Source of the DNA: an uncultured Bifidobacteriaceae bacterium
GTDB lineage: Bacteria > Actinomycetota > Actinomycetes > S36-B12
Assembly (NCBI GenBank): GCA_964391765.1
Contig: CAYMNG010000001.1
Span: forward strand, 25,812-79,264
Reading direction: 5' to 3'
DNA length: 53,453 bases
The position numbers and the translations under genes are program-made. Position 1 is the first letter of the stretch, and each line of letters opens with the position of its first letter. Positions 1-9,073 of the stretch are shown here, piece after piece. The notes beneath the pieces are model-generated. The model was given only the letters and a program-made list of their open reading frames with translations, searched no databases and was not told the origin of the DNA.

Positions 1-876
1 CCGCGCACCCACGCTCGCGCACCGGGTGTCGTCGCAGTCGTAGGAGAACACCGGCGACTCGACGACGACGCCGTACGTCGACGCGAGCCCACCGACGACG
101 CCCAGGCTGGACCGCATCCGCTGGACGTCGTCCCGGCTCATCGTCGACAGGTCGACCTGGCCGGTGAGCATCGCCGGCACCGCGTAGTCGGTGAAGTTCG
201 CCGGGGCGTAGGCGTTCGCGTACACGGTCGCACCGGACGCGAGGCGGGCGAGGTTCGGCAGGCCGGGTCGGACGTTGCCGTCGGCGTCGAACGCGGCCGG
301 GTAGGACAACTCGTCGGCGACCACCCACACGACGTTCGGCGGTCGGATCGCGGTGTCGAACGAATAGGCCGACGGCTGGGCCGCCTGCGAACCGGTCCAC
401 AGGGTCGACACGAGCGGGACGGCGGTCGCGACGGCGGCGAACACCACGAGCACCGTGCCCATCGCCAGCCGTCGGGACAGTGCGGTCAGCCCGATCGCGA
501 CGGCCAGGCCGACGACCCAGGCGACGGTGGACTGTTGGGCGAACACGGTGACCGCGAGCGCGTTCGCGACCAGGAACCACACCAGGACCAGCGTGAGCGT
601 CGACGCGACGACGTCGAACGCCACCGGCGTCAACACCCGCCGCAGCACCCACAGCACGCCGGCCAGCACCGCCCAGAACACGACCAGGCCGACGACGAGG
701 ACGACCGCCCACGCGAGCGGCGACACCCCGTGGGCGGCGAAGAAGACCGTGTTCGCGGCGATCTTGTCGTTCGTCGGGATGACGAGCGCGAGGATCGCGA
801 TCGCCAGCAGCCATGCGGCGATGTTCGCGGGGCTGACGTTCGTGCGCGGGCCCGGTCCGCGGGTCGGACGGCTCAC
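1..876 (-). CDS. membrane-anchored sulfatase-like hydrolase/transferase (partial; C-terminus lies outside the window)
   Basis: Not in the ORF track because it is truncated. GTG at 876-874 overlaps the TGA of the upstream gene (GTGA). My translation gives several N-terminal TM helices, then PNVVWVVADELSY and NAYAPANFTDYAVPAMLTG, which resemble the sulfatase / LTA-synthase-type fold. Third-position GC is high. Confidence 0.55.
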   Translation of the reverse strand, partial: MSRPTRGPGPRTNVSPANIAAWLLAIAILALVIPTNDKIAANTVFFAAHGVSPLAWAVVLVVGLVVFWAVLAGVLWVLRRVLTPVAFDVVASTLTLVLVWFLVANALAVTVFAQQSTVAWVVGLAVAIGLTALSRRLAMGTVLVVFAAVATAVPLVSTLWTGSQAAQPSAYSFDTAIRPPNVVWVVADELSYPAAFDADGNVRPGLPNLARLASGATVYANAYAPANFTDYAVPAMLTGQVDLSTMSRDDVQRMRSSLGVVGGLASTYGVVVESPVFSYDCDDTRCASVGAR

Positions 877-2321
877 GCCAGCAGGTTCCACGCGTCTACG
901 ACGACGCGCGTGGGCGACGTGGTTCCGCGCACGGCCACGTCGGCGTACCGGCGCCGCAGGGCGGCGAGCAGCGCCTCGGTCGAGTACTCCCCCTGCCAGT
1001 TCGGGATCTGCCCGATGAGGAGTCGGACCTTGTCGTCCTCGGGCGTGGCGAACTCGATCTGCACGGGTGCGCCGAACCGGGCCAGCGCGTCGACCGCGAA
1101 CGTCATCGGCACGGCCTGGGTGATCACGACGTGGTGCAGCACCGCCTGGCAGATCACCGCGCTGGGTCGGATCCGATCGGTGAACGCGGTGAACTCCCGG
1201 TCCAGCAGTCCGCTGCCCGGGGTGAGGTTCGTCAGGTCCCCCAGGACCGCGCTCACCCGGCCGGCGAGTTCGGGCACCGCGCCGATCCCCGCGTGCAGGA
1301 CGTCCAGCGCCCCGGCGTCGGCGTCCATCACGACGACCGACGCCCCGGCGTGCCGGGCCAGGTGGGCCGCGGTGAACCCGTCGTTGCCGCCGACGTCGAG
1401 CACGAGGTCGGCCCGCCCGGGGGCCGCCGTCACGAACGCCGTCGCCAGGGCGGACTTGCGATCGAGGTCCTCGCGGCCGTAGTGCGCACGCGCGCCGTAG
1501 TCCACCCACGTGGTCGCGTGTGCGCGCGCGGGCAGTCGATCGACCTGCTTGCCCAGTCGGCGGGTGAGCGCCAGGGTCGCCCGCCGGGCCAGGTCGGTCT
1601 GCGCGTTGGCCTGGTCGGCGTACCGCACCTCGCTCGGTGCGTTCTCGGCCACCGGTCGGGTCGACGCCTGCAGCAAGGACAGCGACAGGCTGCGCCGTCG
1701 CCGAGCCGGCATCACCTGTCGTGCGACGTCCGAGCGCAGCCCCCGGTGCCGGCCCAGCACCCAGGCGTCGGCCGCGGTGACCCGGTCGCCGGATCCGACC
1801 GCGAGCGGGTTGACGAAGTGCTCGATGAACTGCCGAGCGGCGTTCCAGGACGGGTTCGGTCGCCACCGGTGGACCGAGCCGACGTCGATGAACACCGGTC
1901 GCAGGCCGCGGAACTGGACGTTGAACGCCGACGCGTCCTTCAGGTCCAGGCCGATCGACAGCAGGCGCGTACGGACGTCGAGCGTGAGCCGCGCGGCGGC
2001 GGCGAGGGACGAGTTGGCCCACTCCCACGGGTAGGTGACGAGGTCGATCGACTCGACGGCGAAGACCACCGCGTCCGGCGGGGCCGGTCGCCCCGCGGTG
2101 CGCGCGTACGTCGAGCGGACCCGTGCCGCCAGCGCGTCGTCGCCCACCTCGTCGTAGGCGACGAAGGTGCCCGAGCCGACCAGGTCGGCGTAGACGGCAC
2201 TGGCCCGCAGCATCCGCGCCGCGATCGCCGACTGCTGCGACGCGACCCGGAACCACTGCCCCTCGACGGGGACCGCGGCGTTCTCCGGGTCGCGAAAACT
2301 CCCCGAACCAGGCTCCCGCAC
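873..2321 (-). CDS. class I SAM-dependent methyltransferase with an N-terminal accessory domain
   Basis: ORF 873..2501, trimmed to the GTG at 2321 (VREPGSGSFRDPEN...). The longer N-terminus overlaps small ORF 2329..2520 and is Arg/Pro-rich. A DVGGNDG glycine-rich SAM-binding motif is present. The stop overlaps the next start. Confidence 0.7.
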   Translation of the reverse strand: MREPGSGSFRDPENAAVPVEGQWFRVASQQSAIAARMLRASAVYADLVGSGTFVAYDEVGDDALAARVRSTYARTAGRPAPPDAVVFAVESIDLVTYPWEWANSSLAAAARLTLDVRTRLLSIGLDLKDASAFNVQFRGLRPVFIDVGSVHRWRPNPSWNAARQFIEHFVNPLAVGSGDRVTAADAWVLGRHRGLRSDVARQVMPARRRRSLSLSLLQASTRPVAENAPSEVRYADQANAQTDLARRATLALTRRLGKQVDRLPARAHATTWVDYGARAHYGREDLDRKSALATAFVTAAPGRADLVLDVGGNDGFTAAHLARHAGASVVVMDADAGALDVLHAGIGAVPELAGRVSAVLGDLTNLTPGSGLLDREFTAFTDRIRPSAVICQAVLHHVVITQAVPMTFAVDALARFGAPVQIEFATPEDDKVRLLIGQIPNWQGEYSTEALLAALRRRYADVAVRGTTSPTRVVVDAWNLLA

Positions 2322-2328
2322 GCCCCGG

Positions 2329-2520
2329 TCAGGCCTCGTCGGCGACGGACTCGACCGGACCGGACGAGCCCACGTCGGTCGTCGCGTCCCCGCGACCGCG
2401 TAGTTTGGCGAACTTCGAGCGCACGTAGAACCACACCCCCGCGGCACCGCTGGCCACCGCGGCCAACACGTACGACCCCGAGCCGGCGTCGATATAGCCA
2501 ACCAGTTCCAGCATGCTCAC
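2329..2520 (-). CDS. small single-pass membrane protein, hypothetical
   Basis: 63-aa ORF with one hydrophobic helix (YVLAAVASGAAGVWFYV) followed by a basic stretch. It lies 7 nt upstream of the methyltransferase start on the same strand. Confidence 0.45.
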   Translation of the reverse strand: MSMLELVGYIDAGSGSYVLAAVASGAAGVWFYVRSKFAKLRGRGDATTDVGSSGPVESVADEA

Positions 2521-2723
2521 CTCACGTGTCCGTCAGACCCCCACGAGGGTACATGCCGGCCGCCGCACCAGCGGCGTCCGGCGTCAGGTTCGCGCACGGC
2601 AGGTGTTCGGGTCGGGCAAGCGTTCACGGACGACACGGCGAATGACTCGCGGTCCGGGACCGATTCGGGGGATAGTGGACCTTGCAGCCGGACCGCGCCC
2701 GCGACCGGCGGGAAGGCGCGACC

Positions 2724-3281
2724 ATGCACAGGCTGGCAACCCGGGGGCTCTTCGTCGTCACGGCCGTGGCAACCACCACGTTGCTGCTGTCCGCCTGCTC
2801 CTCCGGCGACGAGGGCGCGACCGCCTCCCCGACCGACACCGTCGCGTCCGCGAGCCTCCTGCCGTCGGACACGGCGTCGGCGACGACCAGCCCGACCGCG
2901 ACCGGCGCCGCCGCGGCGGCCTGCCTGGCGTACTTCGACGTCGACCTGCTCAACAGCCGGTACGCCGGCGGCGCGGTCAAGGACGGCAACATGACCGAGA
3001 AGCAGGCCAAGAAGCAGATGAAGGCCAAGTTGACCGAACTGGTCACGCAGGCCCAGGCCGCCGTCGCCGACGGCAGCGCCGACCAGAAGATGGCCGCGAA
3101 CGCCGAGCGTATGCAGCACGTCGTCACCGCGTTGAGCAAGAGCCAGTCGCTGAAGGACCTGCCGAAGGCCAAGCAGCAGACCTTCGCGAAGTCCTCGCTG
3201 CGCGTGCAGAAGGCCTGCGAGCGCGCCGGGTACCCGCTGCCGGACGACAACGTCACCGCGCGTACGGCCGCCGGCCTCTAG
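2724..3281 (+). CDS. lipoprotein, hypothetical
   Basis: ORF 2682..3281, trimmed to the ATG at 2724, which follows GGGAAGG. It has a signal peptide with lipobox LLLSAC and a Lys/Ala/Gln-rich mature part. Confidence 0.7.
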   Translation: MHRLATRGLFVVTAVATTTLLLSACSSGDEGATASPTDTVASASLLPSDTASATTSPTATGAAAAACLAYFDVDLLNSRYAGGAVKDGNMTEKQAKKQMKAKLTELVTQAQAAVADGSADQKMAANAERMQHVVTALSKSQSLKDLPKAKQQTFAKSSLRVQKACERAGYPLPDDNVTARTAAGL

Positions 3282-3305
3282 GCCGCCCGCGCGCTACCGA
3301 CGGGC

Positions 3306-4175
3306 GTGACCCAGGCTCCGTTCCAGCGGCACTTCGCCGACCGGATGGCCCTCGAACAGGTCGATCGCGACATCTTCACCGGTTGGTGCCACTCCGGCGC
3401 GCCGCTGCGCGCGTACGGCGGACAGATCGCGGCGCAGGCGCTCGCCGCCGCCGCACAGACCGTCCCGGTCGAGCGGCCCGTCCACAGCCTGCACGGGTAC
3501 TTCCTGCGCCCGGGCCGCACGAAGGACTCGATCGTGTACCTCGTCGACCGCCCTCGGGACGGCCGGTCCTTCTCGACCCGGTTCGTGCGAGCGGTCCAGC
3601 ACGGGGAGACGATCTTCATGATGACGGCGTCGTTCGCCCTCCCCGATGCCGGTCCGGCGCATCAGTTCACGATGCCCGGCGTCCCACCGCCGCTGGCCGT
3701 CGACCCGATGCCGGTTCCCCCACCGGCGTACCTGCAGGCCACCGACGATCCCGGCGAACTCGGCTATCCGGCGGCCGACATCATCGGCCTGCGGATCGTC
3801 GGCGCCGGAACGTCCATCGGACTGGTCGACGGCCGGTACGAGCGGACGGCGTGGGTCCGCGTCGCCGAGGACCTCAGCGACGACTGGCGGATCCAGTCCG
3901 GCGCGCTGACCTACCTGTCGGACCTGACGATGGTCAGCACCGCGATGGCGCCACATGTCGACGACACCCCGGCCGATTCGCTCATGGTCACCTCGATCGA
4001 CCACGCCGTCTGGTTCCACGCCCCGGCCCGGGCCGACCAGTGGCTGCTGTTCGCCCTGGACACCCCGTTCGCCGGCGGCGGGCACGGACTGGCCCGCGGG
4101 CTGTTCTTCGACCAGGCCGGGACACTGGTCGCCTCCGTCGTGCAGGAGTCGCTCATGCGCACCCGTCGCCCATGA
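3306..4175 (+). CDS. tesB: acyl-CoA thioesterase II
   Basis: 289 aa. The N-terminal LEQVDRDIFTGW..., YGGQIAAQAL, HSLHGYFLRPG and DGRSFSTRFV blocks match my recollection of the TesB double hot-dog family. Confidence 0.85.
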   Translation: MTQAPFQRHFADRMALEQVDRDIFTGWCHSGAPLRAYGGQIAAQALAAAAQTVPVERPVHSLHGYFLRPGRTKDSIVYLVDRPRDGRSFSTRFVRAVQHGETIFMMTASFALPDAGPAHQFTMPGVPPPLAVDPMPVPPPAYLQATDDPGELGYPAADIIGLRIVGAGTSIGLVDGRYERTAWVRVAEDLSDDWRIQSGALTYLSDLTMVSTAMAPHVDDTPADSLMVTSIDHAVWFHAPARADQWLLFALDTPFAGGGHGLARGLFFDQAGTLVASVVQESLMRTRRP

Positions 4176-4822
4176 CCGCCGCGGTCGCGCTGTGCCTGGC
4201 CGCGGCCCTCGTCGGCGGCGCCGCGGGCCTGCTCGCCCGGCGATGGACCGACGCCGAAGCCGGTGCGCGCACGGCGACCTGGCTGCACGTCGTCGTGCCG
4301 GCCGCGCTGTCCGCGGCGGCCGCGTGGCGCTTCGCCTGGTCGTGGGAGCTGCCGGCCTACGTGTACTTCGCGGTGATCAGCGGACCGCTGACGATCGTCG
4401 ACCTGCGCGCCCATCGACTCCCGAACCAGCTGACGATCACCGCGTACCCGATCATCGCGGCCCTCCTCGCCCTCCCCGCCGTCGCCGCCGCGTCGCCGGA
4501 GGCGATCCTGCGCGCCGGTGCCGGCGCGCTGGCCCTGTTGACGTTCTACCTCGTGCTCCACCTGGTCAACCCCGGCGGGATGGGTCTGGGCGACGTGAAG
4601 CTCGCCGGGCCGATGGGCGCGCTGCTGGCCTGGCTGGGGTGGTCGACGCTGCTGGTCGGTGGCTTCCTCGGGTTCGCCTTCGGCGCGGTCGCCGGGATCG
4701 TGCTACTGGCGACGCGGCGGGCGAGCCGGCGCAGCGCGCTGCCGTTCGGCCCGTTCATGCTCGCCGGTGCGTGGACCGCGATCCTCGCCGGCGACCTCGT
4801 CGCCGGTGGCCTGCTGCCGTAG
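4172..4822 (+). CDS. A24-family prepilin peptidase (TadV/CpaA-like)
   Basis: The ATG at 4172 overlaps the tesB TGA (ATGA). The polytopic membrane protein carries IVDLRAHRLPN and GMGLGDVKL, the two aspartyl active-site motifs. It is convergent with the tad operon. Confidence 0.8.
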   Translation: MTAAVALCLAAALVGGAAGLLARRWTDAEAGARTATWLHVVVPAALSAAAAWRFAWSWELPAYVYFAVISGPLTIVDLRAHRLPNQLTITAYPIIAALLALPAVAAASPEAILRAGAGALALLTFYLVLHLVNPGGMGLGDVKLAGPMGALLAWLGWSTLLVGGFLGFAFGAVAGIVLLATRRASRRSALPFGPFMLAGAWTAILAGDLVAGGLLP

Positions 4823-4850
4823 CCGGCCCCGCACGCCGGACGCTGCCGCC

Positions 4851-5768
4851 CTACTGGTTCGAGAACGCCTGCGAGATCGAGTACGCGGCCGGGCCGAGGA
4901 TGATGATGAACAGCGCCGGCAGGAAGCACAGCATCAGCGGCATGAGGATCTTCACGGGGACCCGCTGGGCCTCCTCACGGGCCCGGGAGTACCGCTTGGC
5001 GCGCATCTCGTTGGCCTGCTCGCGCAGGACGGTCGCGACCGGGACACCGAGTCGGTCCACCTGGAGCATCGCGTTCACGAACCGTTCGATGTCGTCCTGC
5101 TTGGTCCGCCCGGCCATCGCGGTCAGCGCCTCGGCGCGCGATCGGCCGTACTGCATCTCCTGCAACGCGATCGCGAACTCGTCGGCGATCGGGCCGTCCT
5201 GGTTCTCGGCCACCTGCCCGACCGCGGCGGTGAAGCTCAGCCCGGACTCGACGCACAGGTTGAGCATGTCCAGGGCGTCCGGCAGGCGCTTGGCCATCTC
5301 CTGGTCCCGCTTGATGATCCCGTTGTAGCGCAGGATGTCCTCGATGAAGAAGCCGAAGAAGGCCAGCCCCGGCACCGCCAGCCAGGCAAGTCCGCCGTAC
5401 CCGAATCCCACGAGGATGCCCAGGATCAGGCCGAGGAGGCCGAACTCGACCTTGCGCACGATGGTGTTGTCGACGACCAGCGCGCCGCGGGTGTCGCCGC
5501 TCTGGATGATGCGACTGGCGATCTTCGCCCGGGACTTCGCCGTGGTCAGCCGGTAGCCCACGGTCAGCAGCATCGCCCGAAGCACGGACTCCCGCTGCTC
5601 CACCTGGGCGATCGCCTCGTGCACGTTGCTGCTGGCGTACCCCTCGACCAGTGCCAGCGACCGTCGCTTGGTCGACTCCGCGCGGTACTGGTACACCAGT
5701 GCGCCGACGGTGACGATCGCGACGAACACCAGCAGCGCCGCGACGACGGGGATCAACGGACCGTCCAT
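4851..5768 (-). CDS. tadC: Flp pilus assembly membrane protein TadC (T2SS F domain)
   Basis: This is the C-terminal 305 codons of ORF 4851..6722. The ATG at 5768 overlaps the tadB TGA. It carries a GspF-like domain (LPDALDMLNLCVESGLSF...). Confidence 0.8.
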   Translation of the reverse strand: MDGPLIPVVAALLVFVAIVTVGALVYQYRAESTKRRSLALVEGYASSNVHEAIAQVEQRESVLRAMLLTVGYRLTTAKSRAKIASRIIQSGDTRGALVVDNTIVRKVEFGLLGLILGILVGFGYGGLAWLAVPGLAFFGFFIEDILRYNGIIKRDQEMAKRLPDALDMLNLCVESGLSFTAAVGQVAENQDGPIADEFAIALQEMQYGRSRAEALTAMAGRTKQDDIERFVNAMLQVDRLGVPVATVLREQANEMRAKRYSRAREEAQRVPVKILMPLMLCFLPALFIIILGPAAYSISQAFSNQ

Positions 5769-7714
5769 CACACCTCGATCTTCACGATGCGCCGCATCCA
5801 CAGGAATCCGAGCGCGAACACCACGACGATGACGCCCAGCAGGACCCAGCCGATCTGGTTCGTCCAGAAGAACGACACGTAGTCGCGATTGGCGACCAGC
5901 ATGTACAAGAACAGGCCGACCGGCAGTGCCGCCAGGACCCAGCCCGACAGCCGGCCCTCGGCGGACAGTGTCCGCACCTCCCGGCGCAGCGCGGCCCGGC
6001 CCTGAACGGTCTGGGCGGCGGTCTCCAAGATGTTCGACAGGTTGCCGCCGACCTCGCGCTGGATCGCCAGCGCGGTCACCGTCCATCGCAGGTCGTCGGA
6101 CTCCATCCGGTCCGCGACGCGGGTGAGCGCCTCCTCGATCGAGGAACCGGTCTGCGCTTCGCTCAGCGCGCGGCGCATCTGCCGGGACACCTGCCCGCGG
6201 CCCTGCGACGCCGTGGAGTCCAGCGCCTGGGAGAACGACAGGCCCGACCGCAGCGAACTGGCGATCAGCATGAGGAAGTCCGGGAGTTCGTTCTCGAACA
6301 TCTTGCGGCGCTTGGTCTCGCGCGAGTTGAGCACGGCCCGGGTGACGAACCAGCCGATCAGCCCGCCGACGACCAGGCCGATGAGGAAGTTGCCCACGAG
6401 GATCGTGAGGAGCAGGACGAGCGCGAGGCTCACGGCCAGCCGGATGACCAGCCAGTTCGCCGGCGTCAGGCTCATCTCCGCGTTGTCCAGCTTCGCGGCC
6501 ATCGCCGGGTATCCCTTGCGGGTCGCCAGCCACCGGTCCAGCGACGTCATGACGCCGGGGGCGGCGAAGTCCGGCCGGCCGTCCTGGGCCGCGCTCGCGG
6601 TCGTGCTGGTGTACCAGAGCACCTGCTGCGTCCGCGCGTAGGCCTTCTGCTGGCCCCGGTAGTAGGCGAAGGTCAGGCCGAGGACCAGCACGACCAACGC
6701 GGCGAGGACGGCGTACAGCCACGGGGAGAACCCGTCGCTGTGCACCGGCACGACCGGGACCGGCGCCGGCGCCAACGTCACGACCGGCGCGGGAGCGGCC
6801 GACGCCCCCGTGGGACCCGCCAGGGACTCCACCGCCGGCAGTTGCGTGGTGCCCTTGTACTGCGTGCCGTTCACCTCGACGCTGACCACGGCGAACCGAC
6901 CGCTGGCATCGACGCTCTCGGGCACCTGGGCGACCACGCCGATCCGGCCACCGAAGGACGCGGTCGCGTCCTGGAACGCCTGCTCCAGGCCGGCGGCGTC
7001 GGTCGCCAGCAGGTACAGGCCGCCGGTCGCCGTCGTCATCGCCTTCAACACGTCGGCGTGCTGCACGTTGGGCAGCAGCGCCACGACATCCACCGGGACG
7101 CCGGCGGTCGCGATGCGGTCGGCGACGTCCTGCTGCGTGGCGGCGCTGGCGGTGTCGCCACCGTCGCTCAGGACGAGCAGCCGCGCGCCCTCGCCGGGTC
7201 GGACCTGGTCCAGCCCGGTCATGATGCCGTCGTAGAGCGCGGTCTTGTTCCCGGCGCTGGCCGCCTGGATCGCCGAGGCGACCGCAGCGCGGTCGGTCGT
7301 CGGGCGCATGCCCACGTGGACGGTGTCGTTGAACGTGACCAGGCCGACCTTGACATCGGGCGGCAGCGCCTTGACGTAGTCCTGCGCCGCCACCTTGGCC
7401 GCCTTGAGGCGCTCGCCGCGCATCGACCCGCTGACGTCGAGCACGAGGACGACCTCGCGCGCGGTCGACTGGTCGAGCTTGACCTTCGCCGTCGACGGGA
7501 TCTGCTCACCGCCGATGACGACCGTCGAGGTCACCGTGGACTTCCCGTCCGCCGTCGTCGTCGGGTCGAGCACGACCAGGAAGTCGACGGTCCGGCCGTC
7601 GACCCCGGCGACCTGCACGGACCGGGCGTTGTCGGCCGACGCCGGCACCGCGCCGGCGATCCCGACCGCACACAGCACGAGCACGGCGAGCAGCAGCTCG
7701 CGCAGGCGCGGCAT
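5768..7714 (-). CDS. tadB: fusion protein: secreted von Willebrand factor A domain plus TadB (T2SS F domain)
   Basis: ORF 5768..7726. The ATG at 7714 overlaps the tadA TGA (ATGA); GTG 7726 is an alternative start. N-terminal part: signal/TM segment, MIDAS motif VLVLDVSGSM and vWA blocks. A Pro/Ala/Val linker and a TM helix follow. C-terminal part: GspF-like domain (LPDFLMLIASSLRSGLSF...). Confidence 0.8.
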   Translation of the reverse strand: MPRLRELLLAVLVLCAVGIAGAVPASADNARSVQVAGVDGRTVDFLVVLDPTTTADGKSTVTSTVVIGGEQIPSTAKVKLDQSTAREVVLVLDVSGSMRGERLKAAKVAAQDYVKALPPDVKVGLVTFNDTVHVGMRPTTDRAAVASAIQAASAGNKTALYDGIMTGLDQVRPGEGARLLVLSDGGDTASAATQQDVADRIATAGVPVDVVALLPNVQHADVLKAMTTATGGLYLLATDAAGLEQAFQDATASFGGRIGVVAQVPESVDASGRFAVVSVEVNGTQYKGTTQLPAVESLAGPTGASAAPAPVVTLAPAPVPVVPVHSDGFSPWLYAVLAALVVLVLGLTFAYYRGQQKAYARTQQVLWYTSTTASAAQDGRPDFAAPGVMTSLDRWLATRKGYPAMAAKLDNAEMSLTPANWLVIRLAVSLALVLLLTILVGNFLIGLVVGGLIGWFVTRAVLNSRETKRRKMFENELPDFLMLIASSLRSGLSFSQALDSTASQGRGQVSRQMRRALSEAQTGSSIEEALTRVADRMESDDLRWTVTALAIQREVGGNLSNILETAAQTVQGRAALRREVRTLSAEGRLSGWVLAALPVGLFLYMLVANRDYVSFFWTNQIGWVLLGVIVVVFALGFLWMRRIVKIEV

Positions 7715-9072
7715 CACTTGCCCCACGGCAACCGGAAGTGCTCGGAGGAGAGGTTGACCCCGTGGTCGGCGAGTTTGTCGGTGAACGACGGCGTGATCCC
7801 GGTCGGGACGAGCTTGCCCATGGTCTGGCCGCGGTCCTCAGCCCCGTAGTCGAAGGAGAACAGGTCCTGCATGAGGATCGTGTCGCCCTCCAGGCCGGTG
7901 ATCTCGGAGATCTGGGTGATGTGCCGGGACCCGTCGCGCAACCGTGCCTGCTGGACGACGAGGTTGATCGCCGAGGCGATCTGCTCGCGGATCACCCGGA
8001 CCGGCAGGTCCATGCCGGCCATCAGGACCATGGTCTCGATCCGGCTCAGCGCGTCCCGCGGCGTGTTCGCGTGCACGGTCGACAGCGACCCGTCGTGGCC
8101 GGTGTTCATGGCCTGGAGCATGTCCAGTGCCGCCGCGTCGCGGACCTCGCCGACGATGATGCGGTCCGGGCGCATACGCAGCGTGTTGCGGACCAGGTCG
8201 CGGATCGTGACCTGTCCCATACCCTCCACGTTCGCCGGTCGCGACTCCATCCGCAGCACGTGCGGCTGGCTCAACTGCAGTTCCGCGGCGTCCTCAACGG
8301 TGACGATGCGCTCGTCGTCGGGGATGAATCCGGACAGGACGTTCAACGTCGTGGTCTTGCCCGAGCCGGTGCCGCCGCTGATGAGGACGTTCAACCGGCC
8401 GCGCACGCACGCCTCCAACACGTCCGTCGAACCGCGGGTCAGCGTCCCGATCGTGACGAGGTCCTTGGCGGTGAAGGGGTCCTTGGCGAACTTCCGGATC
8501 GTCAGCGAGCACCCGTCCAGGGCGATCGGCGGCAGGACCGCGTTGACGCGGCTGCCGTCGGGCAACCGGGCGTCGACCATCGGACTGGCCTCGTCGATCC
8601 GTCGGCCGACCCGCGAGACGATCCGGTCGATCGTGCGGCGCAGGTGCTCCTCGTCGGAGAAGCGCAGGTCCGTCGCGTGCAGCTTGCCGGCCCGCTCGAT
8701 GAAGATCGCGTCGGCGCGGTTGACCATGATCTCGGTGATCTCCGGGTCGCGCAGTAGCGGCTCCAGCGGCCCGTTGCCCAAGATGTCGTCGATGATCTCC
8801 TGCGAGATCCGGGCCCGGTCGACGGTCGACAGCGGCCGGTTCGACTTCGCCAGGACGGTCTGGATCGCGTTGAAGACGTTCTCCTCGAGGACCCGCTGCT
8901 CCATCTGGCCGGCATAGGCCTGCTGACCCAGTGCCTGCAGCAGTTGCTCGTGCACGTCGTGCTTCAACGCCGCGTACTCGTCGCGGGCGATCATCGAGCG
9001 CTTGCCCGACGGGGTGGGGGCGAGGCGCTGCTGCGGTGGGCTGATGCTGTTCAGCCGCTCGGCCAGGCCCAT
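7714..9072 (-). CDS. tadA: Tad/Flp pilus secretion ATPase CpaF/TadA
   Basis: 452 aa with Walker A GGTGSGKTT, Walker B DRIIVGEVRD and His-box-like MNTGHDGSLSTVHAN. Confidence 0.95.
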   Translation of the reverse strand: MGLAERLNSISPPQQRLAPTPSGKRSMIARDEYAALKHDVHEQLLQALGQQAYAGQMEQRVLEENVFNAIQTVLAKSNRPLSTVDRARISQEIIDDILGNGPLEPLLRDPEITEIMVNRADAIFIERAGKLHATDLRFSDEEHLRRTIDRIVSRVGRRIDEASPMVDARLPDGSRVNAVLPPIALDGCSLTIRKFAKDPFTAKDLVTIGTLTRGSTDVLEACVRGRLNVLISGGTGSGKTTTLNVLSGFIPDDERIVTVEDAAELQLSQPHVLRMESRPANVEGMGQVTIRDLVRNTLRMRPDRIIVGEVRDAAALDMLQAMNTGHDGSLSTVHANTPRDALSRIETMVLMAGMDLPVRVIREQIASAINLVVQQARLRDGSRHITQISEITGLEGDTILMQDLFSFDYGAEDRGQTMGKLVPTGITPSFTDKLADHGVNLSSEHFRLPWGK

Positions 9073-9073
9073 G

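Noticed and set aside
2322-2501. The N-terminal extension of the methyltransferase ORF (start at 2501).
   Set aside because: It overlaps, in another frame, the better-behaved small membrane ORF 2329..2520 and reads as low-complexity Arg/Pro/Trp sequence. The GTG at 2321 gives a compact operon.
2513-4171. The N-terminal 550 aa of the 769-aa ORF 2513..4822, and similar giant ORFs: 25594..29151 (N-terminal part), 34513..36924, 17191..18987, 46605..48050, 22870..24321 and 51624..53159.
   Set aside because: They are Arg/Pro/Gly/Asp-rich and lie antisense or out of frame to genes with clear family motifs. This is typical open-frame noise in a stop-codon-poor high-GC genome. Only the in-frame C-terminal segments (prepilin peptidase, kdpB) are real.
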